Below, piece by piece: positions 25,926-28,939 of a stretch of 28,939 nucleotides of DNA. Below the pieces are notes generated by a model, which saw only the letters and a list, made by a program, of their open reading frames with translations, searched no databases and was not told the origin of the DNA. The position numbers were made by a program, and so were the translations under genes. Location: the NCBI GenBank assembly GCA_044866005.1, contig JBIOTN010000204.1, positions 1-28,939 on the forward strand, read 5' to 3'. Numbering within the stretch: the first letter of the stretch is position 1; the number at the start of each line of letters is the position of its first letter. The DNA is from Candidatus Rokuibacteriota bacterium (lineage in GTDB: Bacteria > Methylomirabilota > Methylomirabilia > Rokubacteriales > DASRDR01).

Positions 25926-26936
25926 CTATGGCCCTCGTCGAGCCCACAGCGCGGCCCGCGGGTCGTCTGGCAAGAGCCGCTGGAGCGCCCGCAGCACCAC
26001 TTCGAGCGTCGAGTCCGCGTTCCGCGGGATGATCACCTGTGCTTCCACGAGCAGGTCCCCGCGACCGCCGCGGTCGAGCCGCGGGCATCCCTTGCCACGG
26101 AGCCGGAAGATCTGGCCGCTTTGCGTTCCTCCCGGCACGGTGACGATGCTGGGGCCCTCAGGGGTCGGAATCTGAATACGGGCTCCCAGCGCCGCCTCGG
26201 GCACCGTCATCGGGACCTGGCAGTACAGGTTGTCGCCTTTCCGCGTGAAGAACGGGTGCGGCCGGACCCGCGTGATCACGACGAGGTCGCCTCGCTCGCC
26301 GGGCGCTCGCGCCGCGTGCCCCTCGCGCGGGATCCGGATCTGCGCTCCCGTATCGACGCCCGCCGGGATGGTCACCCGGACCCGCGCCCGAGCGAGCACG
26401 GCGCCCCGGCCGCTGCAGTCCGGGCAAGGCGGGGGCAACTCCCACCCGGTTGCCCGGCACGCCTCGCAGCGCGTGGTCACGGGCACGCCGCCGCGGGTCA
26501 CGATGCGAAGCGGCCGTCCGTCACACGCCGTACAGCGGGTCGCGCCCTGGCCGCCGGCGCCGCCCGTGCCGGCGCACGGGGCACACGGCTCCTGGCGGCT
26601 CACGTCGAGGGCGGTGGTGACGCCGCGGAGGGCGGCTTCGAATTCGATCTCGATCGGGTAGTGCAGATCCTCGCCGCGCGGCGCCGCGCCGGCCGAACCG
26701 TCCGCTCCCCTCTCGAAGGCCCGGTGTCCGAGCCGGTCGTACAGGGCGCGGGCGCCCGCGTCGCTCAGAACCCGGTAGGCCTCGTCGATCTCGTCGAACA
26801 GGCCGCCGGCCCGCGCGTCCCACACGTTGACGTCAGGCGAGTACTGGCGCGCGAGTCGGCGATAGGCCTGGCGGATCGCCGGCGCGGACGCTTGCCGGGA
26901 CACACCGAGGACCTCATAGTAATCACGCTTCTTCAT
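25926..26936 (-). CDS. dnaJ: DnaJ-like co-chaperone with atypical J-domain (SPD), no G/F region, four CxxC knuckles and a C-terminal domain
   Basis: DYYEVLGV...AYRRLA..YSPD...EAY.VLSD...R..YD, IPAGVDTG, GDL and PGGTQSG..FRLRGKG motifs. Confidence 0.88.
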   Translation of the reverse strand: MKKRDYYEVLGVSRQASAPAIRQAYRRLARQYSPDVNVWDARAGGLFDEIDEAYRVLSDAGARALYDRLGHRAFERGADGSAGAAPRGEDLHYPIEIEFEAALRGVTTALDVSRQEPCAPCAGTGGAGGQGATRCTACDGRPLRIVTRGGVPVTTRCEACRATGWELPPPCPDCSGRGAVLARARVRVTIPAGVDTGAQIRIPREGHAARAPGERGDLVVITRVRPHPFFTRKGDNLYCQVPMTVPEAALGARIQIPTPEGPSIVTVPGGTQSGQIFRLRGKGCPRLDRGGRGDLLVEAQVIIPRNADSTLEVVLRALQRLLPDDPRAALWARRGP

Positions 26937-26963
26937 GCTCCCCTCGGTGCGCCCCGGCCACTC

Positions 26964-28877
26964 CTAGTGCTTGCCGCCGAGATCCTCGAACTCCGCGTCC
27001 ACGACCTCGCCCTCGGCGGTCTTCGTCGGCTCCTTGGACGGTCCGCCTGCCCCCGGCGTCCCGGGCTGCCCCTTGGCCTGCGCCTCGCGGTACAGGACCT
27101 CGGCCATCTTGTGGGAGGCGCGGGTCAGGGCATCGGTGGCGCGCTGGATCCGCTCCAGGTCCTCCGCCTTCAGCGCCTCGCGGACCTCCTTCATGGCCTC
27201 CTCGATGGCGCTCTTCTCGGCCGGCGGGATCTTGTCGCCGAGCTCGCCGAGCTGCCGCTCGGTGTTGTAGACGAGCGAGTCGGCCTGGTTCCGGATCTCG
27301 ATCTCCTGCCGCCGCTTCTTGTCCTCCTCGGCGTGCGCTTCGGCTTCGTGGACCATCTTTTCGATGTCGTCCTTCGTCAGACCCGAGGACGCGGTGATCG
27401 TGATGGCCTGCTGCTTGCCGGTCGCCTGGTCCTTGGCCGAGACGTTCAGGATGCCGTTGGCGTCGATGTCGAAGGTCACCTCGACCTGCGGCACCCCCCG
27501 AGGGGCCGGCGGAATCCCCACCAGGTGGAACTTCCCGAGCGTGCGGTTGTCCCGTGCCATGGGGCGCTCACCCTGCAGGACGTGGACTTCAACCGACGTC
27601 TGGCTGTCCGCGGCCGTCGTGAAGATCTCCGACTTGCGCGTCGGGATCGTCGTGTTCCGCGGGATGAGCGTCGTCATGACACCGCCCAGGGTCTCGATCC
27701 CGAGGGAGAGCGGCGTGACGTCGAGCAGGACGACGTCCTTGACCTCGCCCGCCAGCACCGCAGCCTGGATGGCGGCGCCCACAGCCACGACCTCGTCCGG
27801 GTTCACGCCCTTGTGGGGCTCCTTCCCGAAGAGCTCGCGGACCAGCTCCTGGACCTTCGGCATGCGGGTCTGCCCGCCCACCAGGATGACCTCGTCGATC
27901 TGCTTGGGCGTGACACCGGCATCCTTCATCGCCTGGCGGCACGGTTCGGCCGTCCGATCGACCAGGTCCGCGACCAGCGCTTCGAGCTTGGCGCGCGTCA
28001 GCGTCATGACCAGATGCTTTGGCCCGCTCGCGTCCGCCGTGATGAAGGGCAGGTTGATCTCGGTCTGGAGCGTGGTCGAGAGCTCGCACTTGGCCTTCTC
28101 GGCCGCCTCCTTGAGCCGCTGGAGGGCCATGCGGTCCTTGCGCAGGTCGATCCCGTGCTCCTTGCGGAACTCGTCGGCGATCCAATCGATGACCTTCTGG
28201 TCGAAGTCGTCACCGCCCAGGTGGGTGTCCCCGTTCGTCGCCTTCACCTCGAAGACGCCGTCGCCGATCTCCAGGATCGAGATGTCGAACGTCCCGCCGC
28301 CGAGGTCGTAGACCGCGATGACCTCGTCCTTCTTCTTGTCGAGTCCATAGGCCAACGAAGCGGCGGTCGGCTCGTTGATGATCCGCAGCACCTCGAGGCC
28401 GGCGATCGTTCCGGCATCCTTGGTGGCCTGGCGCTGGCTGTCGTTGAAGTATGCCGGCACCGTGATGACGGCCTTCGTGACCTTCTCGCCCAGGTAGGCC
28501 TCCGCCGCCTCCTTCAGCTTCCGGAGGATCATGGCGGAGATCTCGGGCGGGGAATAGACCTTGCCGCGGATGTCCACCCGGGCGTCGCCGTTCGGCGCCT
28601 TGACGACCTTGTACGGGACGAGTTTGATCTCGTGCAGGACCTCGTCGTAGCGCCGGCCCATGAACCGCTTGATGGAGAACACCGTGTTCTCCGGGTTCGT
28701 GATGGCCTGTCGCTTGGCTACCTGACCCACCACAGTCTCGCCCTCTTTCGTGAAGCCGACGACCGAGGGCGTCAGCCTGCTGCCCTCCGGGTTCGGGATG
28801 ACGACGGGGTCACCACCTTCGACGACGGCCACCACTGAGTTGGTGGTCCCCAAATCGATGCCGATCACCTTGGCCAT
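26964..28877 (-). CDS. dnaK: Chaperone DnaK (Hsp70)
   Basis: [40 protein letters not shown] and C-terminal VVDAEFE; SD GGAGGAG. Confidence 0.99.
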   Translation of the reverse strand: MAKVIGIDLGTTNSVVAVVEGGDPVVIPNPEGSRLTPSVVGFTKEGETVVGQVAKRQAITNPENTVFSIKRFMGRRYDEVLHEIKLVPYKVVKAPNGDARVDIRGKVYSPPEISAMILRKLKEAAEAYLGEKVTKAVITVPAYFNDSQRQATKDAGTIAGLEVLRIINEPTAASLAYGLDKKKDEVIAVYDLGGGTFDISILEIGDGVFEVKATNGDTHLGGDDFDQKVIDWIADEFRKEHGIDLRKDRMALQRLKEAAEKAKCELSTTLQTEINLPFITADASGPKHLVMTLTRAKLEALVADLVDRTAEPCRQAMKDAGVTPKQIDEVILVGGQTRMPKVQELVRELFGKEPHKGVNPDEVVAVGAAIQAAVLAGEVKDVVLLDVTPLSLGIETLGGVMTTLIPRNTTIPTRKSEIFTTAADSQTSVEVHVLQGERPMARDNRTLGKFHLVGIPPAPRGVPQVEVTFDIDANGILNVSAKDQATGKQQAITITASSGLTKDDIEKMVHEAEAHAEEDKKRRQEIEIRNQADSLVYNTERQLGELGDKIPPAEKSAIEEAMKEVREALKAEDLERIQRATDALTRASHKMAEVLYREAQAKGQPGTPGAGGPSKEPTKTAEGEVVDAEFEDLGGKH

Positions 28878-28939
28878 GTTTGCTTCTCCTCCGTTTCGGT
28901 CGCCTGAACCCCCGTCTCCCGACTGAGGGGCGCGAGACC

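Noticed and set aside
26121..28838. 905-aa plus-strand ORF antisense to dnaK/dnaJ
   Set aside because: A typical antisense shadow ORF of Hsp70 genes in high-GC genomes; no independent motifs or SD.
28878..28939. HAIR or CIRCE operator before dnaK
   Set aside because: Neither inverted repeat is present in the 62 nt available; it may lie outside the window.

Overview
Very GC-rich (~70% by eye) bacterial chromosomal segment, mostly housekeeping genes; the style suggests Ca. Rokubacteria/Methylomirabilota, which is unverified inference. From left to right: (-) VOC/glyoxalase (partial), ABC ATPase and a Tat-exported NitT/TauT-type binding protein; (-) an orphan Zn-ribbon protein behind an AT-rich promoter; (+) yicC-gmk-rpoZ-coaBC-udg-priA-def-fmt-rsmB-rpe; a double-hairpin element; (+) ffh-rpsP-rimM-trmD-rplS-rnhB; yraN and comM, with two unrelated (-) secreted orphan genes inserted around yraN; (+) isochorismatase-like hydrolase, hypothetical protein and NUDIX; (-) lytic transglycosylase; and (-) a heat-shock operon dnaK-dnaJ-hspR-dksA-like-lon. 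I saw no tRNA, rRNA, CRISPR array or mobile element. The most unusual signals are: (1) a chaperone operon with no internal grpE, whose DnaJ has HPD changed to SPD and whose DksA/TraR protein lacks the DxxDxA tip and carries an 18-bp tandem repeat; (2) a shared ECF-sigma-like motif GGAACCCC-N13/14-AATC upstream of both secreted orphans; (3) a PriA with eroded helicase motifs I, II and VI; (4) a probable CTG-initiated ABC ATPase.
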